DNA of 41,802 nt from a bacterium (lineage in GTDB: Bacteria; Armatimonadota; Chthonomonadetes; Chthonomonadales; CAJBBX01), in assembly GCA_009885735.1 (NCBI GenBank), contig VFKD01000084.1, forward strand, positions 1-41,802, read 5' to 3'. The notes below the pieces were generated by a model, which was given only the letters and a program-made list of their open reading frames with translations, did no database searches and was not told where the DNA came from. The stretch's first letter is position 1. Every line of letters starts with the position of its first letter. Shown here in pieces: positions 8,916 to 18,792 of the stretch. The translations under genes and the position numbers were made by a program.

Positions 8916-10889
8916 TTAGTCTTGCAGAACGACCATTGCGTGGCCGTTCACAACGGGTACATGAACGTCGACGTGTTCTCCGTCGAGTTGAAACTTAATC
9001 TCCGTGCCCCCGGGCTCAAGGGTGACGCGGCTCGGCGGGGGCGTACGAAACCGAACCATCACATTATGCAGTGGAATCACGTCTTCCACGGTGTCGCAGT
9101 CCAAAGTCTTGCGCTCCGGAATGTAATGGAGAAGGTGCGCCACTGTCCGATTCTGCCTCGGCTGGCGGTTCAGGGTAATGAGCAGGCTCGACGGCGCTTC
9201 GCACTGTACGAGCGGATCCGGCAAGAGCCGACGGATGGCGCCCAGGACGAGGTCCTTGTAGGCAGCCATGCCATGCGCCGCGTACATGCCGAAGAGAGGG
9301 TGAGCGCAATAGATCACCGGTCCCATTTCGACGATGGCGGAGTCTGCGCTCACGCCCGCGGGCGGCGTGTGATGGTGGCTGCAGAAGTGCGCATACGTCC
9401 GCTCAAAGTACGGTTCGCGGATGGAGGCGAGTGTCTCGGTCTCACCCTTCGGCCGGACGCGCAAACCTCGCTCGTAGGCGACCACCGGTGTGTCGGTCCA
9501 CTGCGTTGCGAGCCCGTCCGTTGCCACGATAAAATCCGGCTTGAATGGGAGTTCTCCTGCTGCAGTCAGTGGCAGGCAACGCGCTGCGAACTCGGTCTTG
9601 GCCCAGTTGAGTCCGGATTCGAAGGTGGCGAGTAGGCTGCCTCCTTGGGCAACGTAGGCATCCAGCTTCGCGGCAAGCGGCTCGTCCAGCAGCACCTTGT
9701 CCGGCAGAATGATGAGTCGATAGGCGGTCCAGTCCGACTCCTGGTCCACATAGTCAAACTGGTATCTGCCCGCCGTGAGCATGCGCATCGCGCCGAGCGC
9801 CGCAGGGTCTACGCGGCCCTCCTCGCGGCCAATCGCCTCGATGTTGAAGACGCCGATCTCGGTGATGGGCGCTGCGTCCTCGCACCAGGGCTCCTTCGCC
9901 TCCACCTGAGCATAGACCTTGCCGATCTGCTCGTAGGTGTACCGGTCCAGCCTTCCGCCGGGGTGAAGCTGGTCACCAATGCTGCACTTTGCGCCCAGCG
10001 CGAGCATGTGGAAGCACTCGTACTCCAGCGCGGCCGTGGGCCGATAGCTGTTGAAATGCCCCCAAGTCTTGGCGAACTTGCCCGTCATCCCCAGGCAGTC
10101 GTGTCCGAGCGTGCGAGCGTAGCGCATCGCCGTGGGGAAGTGGGCATAGCCCCAGCCGCCGGTGGGCAGCGACTCGATCTCGAGATGGCTGTAGGTGTGC
10201 AGCACGGGTCGCCAGTTTGGGTAGACGTGTCCGGAGTTGTGGAAAATGGTCGCGTCGGGCCGCCTCTTGCGTACTACTGCGGTGATGCGCTCCTTGTAGC
10301 GGTCCAGAAGTATGCGCTCAAGCTCCTTTTGGTGGCGTGGGTCCGCAGGGTCCATACCCAGCCGCTTGTACTCCGCCATGCACCATGTGCTGTGGCCCGC
10401 CCACTCGTGGATGATGTCGAAGAAGAAGCCGTCCACCTCGTCGCCGAGCATCTCAAGCACCTCTTCGGTCTGCTCGATCACATAGTCGATATACGGCGAG
10501 GCAAAGCAAAGCGTCCGCCAGCCGGCTTTGAGCGGTCCGGGTCCGTGGCACTTGCCGGTCTCGTCGATTTGCAGCCACTCCGGGTGGGTTCGCGCGATGT
10601 ATTCGTCCCAGCCAACCGTGACGTAGATCGGGCACCTGATGTCGCGCTTGTGGCAGGCCTCGACTTGGAGCGGAAGGAGGTTGCAGGTGAGGTGCGGGTG
10701 CTTCGCCGGGAACCGAGTGTCGTGGTAGATCATCCCGTGGTGGCAGCGGCTGAAGAGGGTGACGGAGTTGACGTGCGCGCGCTCTAGCGTCTCGCCGAAC
10801 TCATCCGCGTTGAACTCAGAGCCTATGCCTGGGATCTGTTCAGAGGTGTGGTAGTCGAGGTGTACCTGGCGGAATCTGAGCGGAGTCAT
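8916..10889 (-). CDS. GH151-like alpha-L-fucosidase / beta-galactosidase trimerisation domain glycoside hydrolase
   Basis: N-terminus RFRQVHLDYHTSE, then FSRCHHG, DGFFFDI, EIESLPTGGWGY and GDQLHP. Start at MTPLRF. Confidence 0.8.
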   Translation of the reverse strand: MTPLRFRQVHLDYHTSEQIPGIGSEFNADEFGETLERAHVNSVTLFSRCHHGMIYHDTRFPAKHPHLTCNLLPLQVEACHKRDIRCPIYVTVGWDEYIARTHPEWLQIDETGKCHGPGPLKAGWRTLCFASPYIDYVIEQTEEVLEMLGDEVDGFFFDIIHEWAGHSTWCMAEYKRLGMDPADPRHQKELERILLDRYKERITAVVRKRRPDATIFHNSGHVYPNWRPVLHTYSHLEIESLPTGGWGYAHFPTAMRYARTLGHDCLGMTGKFAKTWGHFNSYRPTAALEYECFHMLALGAKCSIGDQLHPGGRLDRYTYEQIGKVYAQVEAKEPWCEDAAPITEIGVFNIEAIGREEGRVDPAALGAMRMLTAGRYQFDYVDQESDWTAYRLIILPDKVLLDEPLAAKLDAYVAQGGSLLATFESGLNWAKTEFAARCLPLTAAGELPFKPDFIVATDGLATQWTDTPVVAYERGLRVRPKGETETLASIREPYFERTYAHFCSHHHTPPAGVSADSAIVEMGPVIYCAHPLFGMYAAHGMAAYKDLVLGAIRRLLPDPLVQCEAPSSLLITLNRQPRQNRTVAHLLHYIPERKTLDCDTVEDVIPLHNVMVRFRTPPPSRVTLEPGGTEIKFQLDGEHVDVHVPVVNGHAMVVLQD

Positions 10890-11407
10890 AGCTGCGGGCC
10901 TCGGGCGGGATGCAGTTAACCGTACAAGAGTGTATTCACGTCTGGAGGACCAGAATCCTGTGAACGGATGTGCGCGGAGGATGTTGCCGTCGAAGCCGAA
11001 CGCATGGCTACTCTGGACGGCAGAGTCATCGAAGTAAGTCTTCAGCCCTCGCGATGTCCAGCGCACTTCGGCGGTGGACCCGGCTGACCCAAGCGCCACC
11101 AAAAGGCGGCCTGTGGCAATCCCGCCCATTATGTGGCCGGCAGAGGCAGAATTGGCGCGTGAGTAAACGCAGCGGGGCCGAAGGCACGACCAACGCCATG
11201 TGAGACATCAATGCCGCTGATCGACTTATGATTCGCGGCATCAATTGGTCATGCAAGCCCCTGCGAGGTTAAGTTACAGTGATCCTGACCGTGTTCGGCT
11301 CGCATTCGAGGATCGAGAAGGCGGAACGCTGGTTCGTTCCGCGTTGAATTCCTGCAAGCTGCCATGCACGCATCACACAGAATGGCTGTCACCGCTTCGA
11401 AACGTTC

Positions 11408-11452
11408 GATCCTATGCCAATTCGAACCAAGGGGTCGGACTGGCATAGGATC
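11408..11452. terminator. Stem-loop just downstream of the S8 protease gene
   Basis: GATCCTATGCCA...TGGCATAGGATC 12-bp perfect stem with further internal pairing; no clear U-tract. Confidence 0.5.
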
Positions 11453-11462
11453 ACTTCACTAC

Positions 11463-13634
11463 TTACCGTGGCTTTGCCGATGCCTGGCTAGAGTAGGCGC
11501 TCTCCTGCCCGCTGCTTCTCACTGCCGTCACTCTGTAGTAGTAGGTCACGCCCGAGGTGACGCTCGTGTCGATGAACGACGTCCCGGCAGTGATCGTCGC
11601 CCGGAGTGTGTACCCACTGCCTGTGGTGGTGGACCGGTATATCCGGTTCTGCGTCACCCCGGAGCTGACAGACTGTATCCACTTGAGTGTCACCTTCGCC
11701 TTCGCCGCCGTGGCGGTCAGCTTCGTTGGCGCTGCGAGTGGAGGCGGTGCGGTGGGAGTGGCGCTCACCTCGCTGGAGTTGGGGCTCACTCCCCCTAAGC
11801 TTACGGCGGCGACCACGTAGTAGTAGGTGACTCCGTTCGTCAGGCCGGTATCGGTGAAGCCTGTCCCAACCACCTGGCCCACGATCAGATAGGGTCCGCC
11901 GGGCACCGTGGCCCGCTGCACGTTGTAGTAGTCGGCCGAGGCGCTCGCACTCCACGAGAGCGACACCTGCGCGTTGCTCGCCGTGGCGGTCAGATTGGTC
12001 GGAGCAGCAGGGGGTGGTGGGATGCCGCCCTCCGCCGCCACAACGGCTGCGTATGCGTCTACCAGTCCGCGCCCGAACGTGGTATCGTACCCTACAGCGC
12101 CCAGGTCCCTGGCGGTAGTGAAAAGGCAGTTCTCCACCGCAGTATTGGACAGGGACGGATTCGCCGACCAAGCCAGCGCGAGCGCCCCGGTAACGTGCGG
12201 CGCTGCCATGGATGTACCGGAGTAGATGTCCCATGCGATAGGCCATGCCCGTACGGTTGTGCTCGAGCCTGCCTGACCAAGAAGAATCGCGCCGTCCGTG
12301 TCGGACACTGATACGGAGGGTATCCAATACGGCAAAGTGCCCTCCAAAACCCCTTCGAAGTTCCCAGGAGCGTTGTTGTACATGACAACGGCCGTAGCGC
12401 CGGCGTTCATGGCGTTCGTCACTTTATCCACGAAGGTGGCGTCGCCCCGCTGGATGAGCGCTATATTCCCGGCAACGGCAGGTGGAAACTGCCCCGCAAA
12501 CCCTCGCCCGCAGTCCACGATTATTCCCGTGATTCCTTGGGTGGTCGACGCACCCCAAAAGGAGATGGACGAGAACGTCTGCGTGGTCCGTACATAACTC
12601 TCGATCATCCCCCAGGTGTCAGGAACCGAAGACAGAACGCTCACTCCCGGCGCCGAAATGTCGAGCCCCGTTCCAGTGTTGGACCACGACGCATGGGCGT
12701 TGTTGGCGTCCACCGCCCCCACAGCAATATTCGTTGGGTAACCGGCCGGATAGATGAGAGCTGCGCCTCCGTCATTCCCCGCGGCGCAAACGATCAAGGC
12801 TCCTTTGCTGCGCATCTCCTCAAAGAAGAGCTGCTCGGTGGTAGAAGGAGCCGCGCCCCCTAGACTGAGATTGACTACCTTGCAGTTAGCCTCCTCCACG
12901 AGCCATCGCACTCCGGCCATAACCGTTTCGACGGTTCCACCCCACATATCCAGTACGCGGGCGTGATAGAGGTTCGCCGAATAGGCGGCGCCCAGAACTC
13001 CCCTTGTGTTGTTTGCAGCGAGGATCGTCCCCGCGACATGCGTGCCGTGCGTCTCCGTCACCCACTCATTCCAATCTTCGTCAAAGGCGAACTCGAAGAT
13101 GGGATCGTTGTCGCCCCAAATCGTATCGATACCGCCGCGATAGTTGGGCGCGATGTCCGGATGGTTGTAGTCTACGCCGGTGTCCGCAACGCCCACATTG
13201 ATTCCAGCCCCAGTAATCCCTCGGGAGTGGGTCTCTGTGGCGCGCGTGGTGATGAGCCCGTACAGTCCGTTGTTCAGGGCGGGGACGAGCTGCTCGTCTT
13301 CCAAACCGAGAGTGTATCTCATCGGTACGCGCTCCACGTATGCTACGCGCGGATTCCGGGCTATCGCCTGAGCGACCGCGTTACTCGCCCCTTTAATGGC
13401 CACTGCTTTTACTCCCGGAAACCTTGATTTCAGTTGCGCTCCCAGACGTCGTATGGCGGCAATATTCTCGTGGGAGACTCCAGCGCGGAATCCAACAAAG
13501 TACTCCCCGGGAGAGAAGTCGGGACGCATCCGTGAATTGGCGATTCCTCTTCCTCCCTGGGCTTGCGCGGAAACAACGGCAGGGCCTAGTGCGGCCAATG
13601 CCATCACGAACAGAATCAGAAATCGATGTTTCAT
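11463..13634 (-). CDS. Secreted S8 subtilisin-like serine protease with propeptide, PA domain and two fibronectin type III domains
   Basis: Signal peptide MKHRFLILF; triad motifs DTG, HGTHVAG, GTSMAAPHV; PA domain (IALIQRG..FVDKV.NA..AGA); two FN3 repeats (APTNLTAT..VSLSW..YYYVV). Confidence 0.95.
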   Translation of the reverse strand: MKHRFLILFVMALAALGPAVVSAQAQGGRGIANSRMRPDFSPGEYFVGFRAGVSHENIAAIRRLGAQLKSRFPGVKAVAIKGASNAVAQAIARNPRVAYVERVPMRYTLGLEDEQLVPALNNGLYGLITTRATETHSRGITGAGINVGVADTGVDYNHPDIAPNYRGGIDTIWGDNDPIFEFAFDEDWNEWVTETHGTHVAGTILAANNTRGVLGAAYSANLYHARVLDMWGGTVETVMAGVRWLVEEANCKVVNLSLGGAAPSTTEQLFFEEMRSKGALIVCAAGNDGGAALIYPAGYPTNIAVGAVDANNAHASWSNTGTGLDISAPGVSVLSSVPDTWGMIESYVRTTQTFSSISFWGASTTQGITGIIVDCGRGFAGQFPPAVAGNIALIQRGDATFVDKVTNAMNAGATAVVMYNNAPGNFEGVLEGTLPYWIPSVSVSDTDGAILLGQAGSSTTVRAWPIAWDIYSGTSMAAPHVTGALALAWSANPSLSNTAVENCLFTTARDLGAVGYDTTFGRGLVDAYAAVVAAEGGIPPPPAAPTNLTATASNAQVSLSWSASASADYYNVQRATVPGGPYLIVGQVVGTGFTDTGLTNGVTYYYVVAAVSLGGVSPNSSEVSATPTAPPPLAAPTKLTATAAKAKVTLKWIQSVSSGVTQNRIYRSTTTGSGYTLRATITAGTSFIDTSVTSGVTYYYRVTAVRSSGQESAYSSQASAKPR

Positions 13635-13841
13635 GGTAGTCCTCGTTTTCTTGTGGTGTGCTTCAGGGCGCAACTGATAGCGGCTCTCGACAGGCAAACT
13701 ATATCGGAACCCAGAAATTGTTTGGCAGCCTCTCGCCTAAGACGTCGACCAGAGAATCCGATCGGCCACCGGGGTCGTATCCGGAATGCCCGCCCGGAAC
13801 CTCGCGAAGTGTTCCGGACGGGAGACTTTGGAGGCATTGCG

Positions 13842-14318
13842 CTACGGAGCCGGCTGGTCGATCCGCCTCGTTGCGCCCCTCGGAAGAATCTGGAAAGCGA
13901 CCAGCTCCAAGTTTGTGGCTCCTTCGTTGCGGACGATGTGCCCACCTTCACCATCATCCACGAAGCAAGTGCCCGCAGGGTGGACATTCGGCGTGCTGGG
14001 ATCATCGCTGTGATACTCGGTTGCCGTGCCGGATTTGACCGAGATGATGGACGGGCCAGGGTGAGAGTGCCAGCCGGTGTGCCCACCCGGTACGAGAGTG
14101 TTGTACACCACATATACGTCCGAAGAGCCTTTGGTCTTGATTTCGACATTGTTGATGTCGCTCTTGCTGTGGCTGTGGATTTCCTCCAACCGCGTCGGCC
14201 CCGCGATGATAGTGGTGCTGAGCCCCAGGCTGGGCGTCGCCCAGGCGACCCTCAATGCGATTAGTCCGACTACACTGGCGACGACGGTTCCTGCCAACAT
14301 CAGCTTAAATCTGCTCAT
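13842..14318 (-). CDS. Secreted cupin-domain protein
   Basis: GAGGAG RBS; signal peptide; PGGHTGWHSHPG...AG.CF...HIVRN cupin motifs. Confidence 0.85.
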   Translation of the reverse strand: MSRFKLMLAGTVVASVVGLIALRVAWATPSLGLSTTIIAGPTRLEEIHSHSKSDINNVEIKTKGSSDVYVVYNTLVPGGHTGWHSHPGPSIISVKSGTATEYHSDDPSTPNVHPAGTCFVDDGEGGHIVRNEGATNLELVAFQILPRGATRRIDQPAP

Positions 14319-14372
14319 GGTCTCTCTCCTCTTGTTTCCACCTCGCGGGATTGCGGGGTAGGTGTTGGAGAG

Positions 14373-14405
14373 AGTTTAGCGAGCAACCCTGACGGAACCC
14401 TGAAA
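14373..14405 (-). promoter_or_regulatory. SARP-type direct-repeat operator and -10 box upstream of the cupin
   Basis: TTTCAGGGTTCCGTCAGGG-N8-TAAACT; TCAGGG repeats at an 11-bp period; identical 19-mer at 18418-18436. Confidence 0.75.
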
Positions 14406-14431
14406 TGGATGCTCCGGCCAAAAAAAGAGTC

Positions 14432-14473
14432 AAAAAAGTACGGGTAGGAGGCGACATACCTGCTGCCCGTACT
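14432..14473 (-). terminator. Rho-independent terminator of the regulator gene
   Basis: AGTACGGGCAG...CTACCCGTACT stem followed by T tracts on the minus strand. Confidence 0.75.
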
Positions 14474-14491
14474 ACCACCACCGCTCACTTG

Positions 14492-17400
14492 TCACTCGAG
14501 CGCGTACTCTACAGCCTCTTCCCAGCTCATAGCTCGGCCCTGTGTCCACGCCGCAGTGTATGATTCTTCGTCCATCGCTTCGCGTAAACTCACCGCCGCC
14601 TGTGTCAGTTTCTCACGTTCAATCGGCGGAATCGGCGCTCCCAGATGCTCGCGGAGCGCCTCCGCTGCGCCAAATAGTCGCGCAGCAGACTGGGAGTCCT
14701 GTTGCGCAAGTGATAGCCTGGCGACCGACTCGAGAGCCCCGACTCCGACTAGTCTGTCTCCCACTTCGCGCAAGAGGCGAAGGCAATCAACCAGGAGGAA
14801 CCGTGCATGACCGTAGTCTGCTTGATCCAGGGCGAGACATCCGAGGTGAAGCAAGCATATACCGATGCCCGGTTTTTCGGCAAGATCGCGTTTGATGGCC
14901 AAGCTCTGTTCAAACAACGTACGTGCTCTGGCGTATTCCCCCTGAGCTTTGGCGATCAATCCGAGGTTGTTGAGATTGACCGACTGCGAGATTCTGCTAC
15001 CGGTCTCCAGGTCCAGCGCAAGACCTTCTTCGAGAAACACGCGTGCCTCGCCAAGCTCACCTTGCTCGATTGCAGTCATACCAAGGTTGGTCAAGACACT
15101 CGACTGCCACGGACGATTACCGATCTCCCGCATGAAGGCCAAACTTTCTTCGAACAGCGTGCGCGCTCGCGAAGACTGGCCTTGCTCCAGTGCGAGTATT
15201 CCTAGATTGTTGAGCGTGCCGCACGCATTTTCACGGTCACCAAGCTCCCTTCGGATCTGTAGGTTCTCTTCGTGGTAAACCTGTGCCTGCGCATAGTCTC
15301 CCTGTACGTCGGCCGCCAACCCTAGATTGTTCAGGACGAGCGCCTGTATCTCCCGGTCGCCCACTTCCCGCGCAATTATCAGGCTCTCGTCAAAAAGTGC
15401 ATAGGCTTGCACGAAGTCTCCCTGCATTCGAGACGCTGCACCGAGAAAGTTGAGCGACGTGGCAACGCCTTCCCTGTCCCCGAGATTTCGCCAGACGGTC
15501 AGTGCTTGTTCATGCAGCTCTCGGGCCTCTGCAAATTCACCCTGCTCGAAAGCTAGAATGCCCGCTCCGTGGAACGTATGGCCCCGCGCTCGGTCAAACT
15601 CGATCGTTTGATCAGCCAACTCTCCGCTTGCATTGGATTGCTTATGAGCGATTTCTCCCAGTCGCAAAGCGCCAGCGCACCATTCTCGTCCCTCTCTGAA
15701 GTAACCGCGAATTCGCCAGAACCGCGCGAGAGCCCCGGCGAGAAGCATACAGGAAATGGCATCCGCTCCGCCGGAAGAGGACCACGCCAGCGCCGCCCGA
15801 AGATTATCGTTCTCGGAGTCAAGGGTCTCCAAAAAACGCTTCTGTTCCTTACCGTGCAAGATTTCGCGGTTAGGCTTTGTGAGCTTGAGATAGTAGGAGA
15901 GGTGCCGGTCGTTGATGGCCTCTCCCTCTCTCAGAGCAGCAAGCCGCTCTTGACCGTACTGGCGCAGCGTTTCCAACATCCGGAATCGGAACGCCCCGGC
16001 TTCCGTCTCGCTAGACAGTACTAGCGAGCACTCCCGTAGTTGCTCCAGATAGTCTAAGGCGAGCGGCTCCTCGCACACCTGCGCAGCCGCCTCAATGCTC
16101 CAGCCTCCACGGAAGACCGATAAGCGCGAGAAAAAGCGCTGGAGCTCGGGTGGCAGAAGCCGATAGCTCCACTCCACCGCACCGCGCAGGGTCCTCTGCC
16201 GTTCGGAGACATCTCTCTTGCGGGTAGCCAGAAAGTCGAACCGGTGCGAGAGCTGCGCAAGCATCTGAGTTGGAGTGAGGACCTGTACTCTGGCAGCTGC
16301 GAGCTCTATAGCGAGCGGGATACCCTCGAGTCCGCCCACCAGAGCCGCAACGGCCGCCGCATTGGCGTTGTTGACCTGGAAGTAGGGGATAACCTGCTGC
16401 GCCCGGTCGATAAATAGCTGCACGCTGTCATACAGCGAGAGCTCTTCGGGAGTCTCCTCCGTTCCCGGCACCGGCAGCGGTGGGAGAGAGAATCCGCGCT
16501 CGGCCGAGAGACCTAGAAGCTGCCGCGAAGTGGTGAGTACCTTTAGCTCAGGAACGCCGGAAAGGAGCGTCCGCACCACGTCGGTCCCGCCCTCCAGCAG
16601 ATGCTCAAGGTTATCCAGTACGAGAAGCGTCGGCTTCTCCGAGAGCGCTTCCACTGCCTGCTCCAGAGGCTCTTTCTGTGGGGAACGGACGACGTCCAGG
16701 CTATCTAGAATCGCTCCGGCAATGTGGGCCGGGTCACGAAGGTCCGCGAGCGGCACGAAATAGACGGCGCCGGCAAACGAGTCCGCCAGCTGCTCCGCCA
16801 CTTCCACTGAGAGTCGCGACTTTCCGTTCCCTGCGGGGCCCGTTATGGTGACGAGCCGAACGGAATACGAGCGAAGCATCTCTCGCAGCTGCGCTATCTC
16901 TTCGAGTCGACCGAAAAAGCGCGTAAATCGTGGAGGCACGTTCGGCCTGTGTCCCGAATCCGCGGCAAGCGGACCAAAATCCGTTTGAGGCATTCCTGGA
17001 TACTCAACCTGAAACAGCCTCCGAGCCTCTGGTATATCCCGCAGCCGCCAGACCCCCAGATCCACAAGCCGAATTCCACCCTCGTTCCGACCGGATGCGA
17101 GGGAAGTCGTGGAATCAGAGGCAATGATCTGGCCCCCATGCGCCGCGGTGAGCATTCGGGTTGCTTGCTGTAGCGCGATTCCGTGATACCGACCTTCTTC
17201 GCCCGATTGGCTGACGTCTCCGGAGTGCAGCACCATGCGGACTCTTATAGAAGCCACTCCATCGGGCCAGGTCTCTGACGCCAGCGCCTGCTGGGCCGCG
17301 ACTGCACAAGAGAGTGCGCTGCTGGCGGTGGTAAACGCCATCACAAAGCCATCTCCCGTTTCCTGTACCTCCTGACCGCCCTGCCGCAAGACCTCTTGCC

Positions 17401-18337
17401 GAATCAGCAGGTGGTGGCGTTCCCTGGCCGCCAAGTACTCCTCCGGGGCGGTTTGGAACAGTCGCTTGCTGCCCTCTATGTCGGTCATGAGGAAGGTGAT
17501 GGTTGCCGGCCTGCGGCTCAGAAGTGGTGAACCGGCTGACTTGCGGGCGCGTTTTCTGGGAGGTTCCCCGGAATCCGGCGCGGCAGTCCCTGATCTGCTC
17601 TCGATCTGGCTGACCAGCGACCGAAGCCTTGGAGAAGGCTCCCCGCCCACCTCCTCGGCCAGCAGCCGTTGGGACTCCTTGTAGTGACGGAGCGCGGCTC
17701 CGGATTGGCCATCCGCGTCCAGAAGGCGGATCAGAATCTCCTGGCTCTCTTCTCTAAGCGGATCGATAGATGCCGCGTGACGGGCATGTGTGAGCGCTGA
17801 GTGCGTGTCGCCGATTTCCTCAAGGTGGTTCACCAACGCGAGGACGGAATCGAAGAACAGCCCATTCAACCGTTCTTGTTCGACCGAAATCCAATCCTCG
17901 TAAAAACCGGGCAGTAGCGGCCCCTGGTAGAGTTCCACCGCTTTGCTCAGGTACTGTGCGCGTTCCAAAGTACTCCCGGCCTTCGCGGACGCCTTGATCG
18001 CCGTTTCGAATTCCGCGACATCGGTGGTGACGGTGGAAGGATTCAGACCCACACTAAAGCGGTCCGCCCGGATCACGGTTCCCTGCGGCACCCCAGGCGG
18101 CTCGAACTGATTGCGGAGGCTGGAGAGGGCGACTGAGAGGCTGTTGCGCAGCGTGAGCGCGTCGCTCTCGGGCCACAGCATCTCGATGAGAATCTCGCGG
18201 GAATGAGCGTGACGCAGGTGGAAGGCCAAGTAGGAGAAGAGAGATGCGACCTTCTGGCTCTTGAAACGGGTGAATGCCTTCTCCCCGCACCGGGCCTCAA
18301 GACTGCCAAGCAATGTTACGCGCCAGAGGTTATTCAT
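14492..18337 (-). CDS. AfsR/SARP-family STAND regulator: wHTH-BTAD, class III cyclase-like domain, NB-ARC ATPase, TPR repeats
   Basis: LLGSL..SREILIEMLWP..LRNSLS (wHTH); AVELYQGPLL..DPLRE (BTAD); TFLMTDIEGS and GDGF (cyclase); GPAGNGKS, LLVLDNLEH, TTSR, GIPLAIELAA (NB-ARC); many LNNLG TPR units. Start at the ATG after AGGAG. Confidence 0.92.
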   Translation of the reverse strand: MNNLWRVTLLGSLEARCGEKAFTRFKSQKVASLFSYLAFHLRHAHSREILIEMLWPESDALTLRNSLSVALSSLRNQFEPPGVPQGTVIRADRFSVGLNPSTVTTDVAEFETAIKASAKAGSTLERAQYLSKAVELYQGPLLPGFYEDWISVEQERLNGLFFDSVLALVNHLEEIGDTHSALTHARHAASIDPLREESQEILIRLLDADGQSGAALRHYKESQRLLAEEVGGEPSPRLRSLVSQIESRSGTAAPDSGEPPRKRARKSAGSPLLSRRPATITFLMTDIEGSKRLFQTAPEEYLAARERHHLLIRQEVLRQGGQEVQETGDGFVMAFTTASSALSCAVAAQQALASETWPDGVASIRVRMVLHSGDVSQSGEEGRYHGIALQQATRMLTAAHGGQIIASDSTTSLASGRNEGGIRLVDLGVWRLRDIPEARRLFQVEYPGMPQTDFGPLAADSGHRPNVPPRFTRFFGRLEEIAQLREMLRSYSVRLVTITGPAGNGKSRLSVEVAEQLADSFAGAVYFVPLADLRDPAHIAGAILDSLDVVRSPQKEPLEQAVEALSEKPTLLVLDNLEHLLEGGTDVVRTLLSGVPELKVLTTSRQLLGLSAERGFSLPPLPVPGTEETPEELSLYDSVQLFIDRAQQVIPYFQVNNANAAAVAALVGGLEGIPLAIELAAARVQVLTPTQMLAQLSHRFDFLATRKRDVSERQRTLRGAVEWSYRLLPPELQRFFSRLSVFRGGWSIEAAAQVCEEPLALDYLEQLRECSLVLSSETEAGAFRFRMLETLRQYGQERLAALREGEAINDRHLSYYLKLTKPNREILHGKEQKRFLETLDSENDNLRAALAWSSSGGADAISCMLLAGALARFWRIRGYFREGREWCAGALRLGEIAHKQSNASGELADQTIEFDRARGHTFHGAGILAFEQGEFAEARELHEQALTVWRNLGDREGVATSLNFLGAASRMQGDFVQAYALFDESLIIAREVGDREIQALVLNNLGLAADVQGDYAQAQVYHEENLQIRRELGDRENACGTLNNLGILALEQGQSSRARTLFEESLAFMREIGNRPWQSSVLTNLGMTAIEQGELGEARVFLEEGLALDLETGSRISQSVNLNNLGLIAKAQGEYARARTLFEQSLAIKRDLAEKPGIGICLLHLGCLALDQADYGHARFLLVDCLRLLREVGDRLVGVGALESVARLSLAQQDSQSAARLFGAAEALREHLGAPIPPIEREKLTQAAVSLREAMDEESYTAAWTQGRAMSWEEAVEYALE

Positions 18338-18403
18338 TCCGACTCCTGGAAACGGCACGTTAACGCAGATCGGTTTGACCCTGCTGCGCGCTGATCCACT
18401 CCC

Positions 18404-18436
18404 ATCGTAATGTCACGCCCTGACGGAACCCTGAAA
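18404..18436 (-). promoter_or_regulatory. SARP-type direct-repeat operator and -10 box upstream of the regulator
   Basis: TTTCAGGGTTCCGTCAGGG-N8-TACGAT; same geometry as at 14373-14405. Confidence 0.75.
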
Positions 18437-18792
18437 CGACAGGCCGCCAATCTCGGGTGTTTTGCCGCCGCAAACTCTAGGTGCTTAACGGTTGCGAACA
18501 TGGAGTGATTCTATCTGAGTGTTGAAACCCCTCCTGCGGCGACATGGCGAACGAAAAAAGCTGCTCGGTCTGGTGCCCGAGCGGCTTGAGTGCGAGCCAC
18601 TACGATGCTGAGCCGCAACTACACTGACCGACTTCGGCTGCCGTTCGAAGTTCGAAAAGACGGATCGCTGCTTCGTCCCTGATTGGCAAGCCGAAACCTC
18701 TTGTGCCGATCGGGTGAGAAACCGCTGCGTCGTCAACAGGTGGCGGCGCCGGCTCCAGCACCATGTGTCGCCTGGGCTGCTCGAATGCGCCA

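Noticed and set aside
7902-10787. Long plus-strand ORFs (577 aa and 380 aa)
   Set aside because: Antisense to the epimerase and glycoside hydrolase genes; no recognisable motifs; expected in GC-rich DNA.
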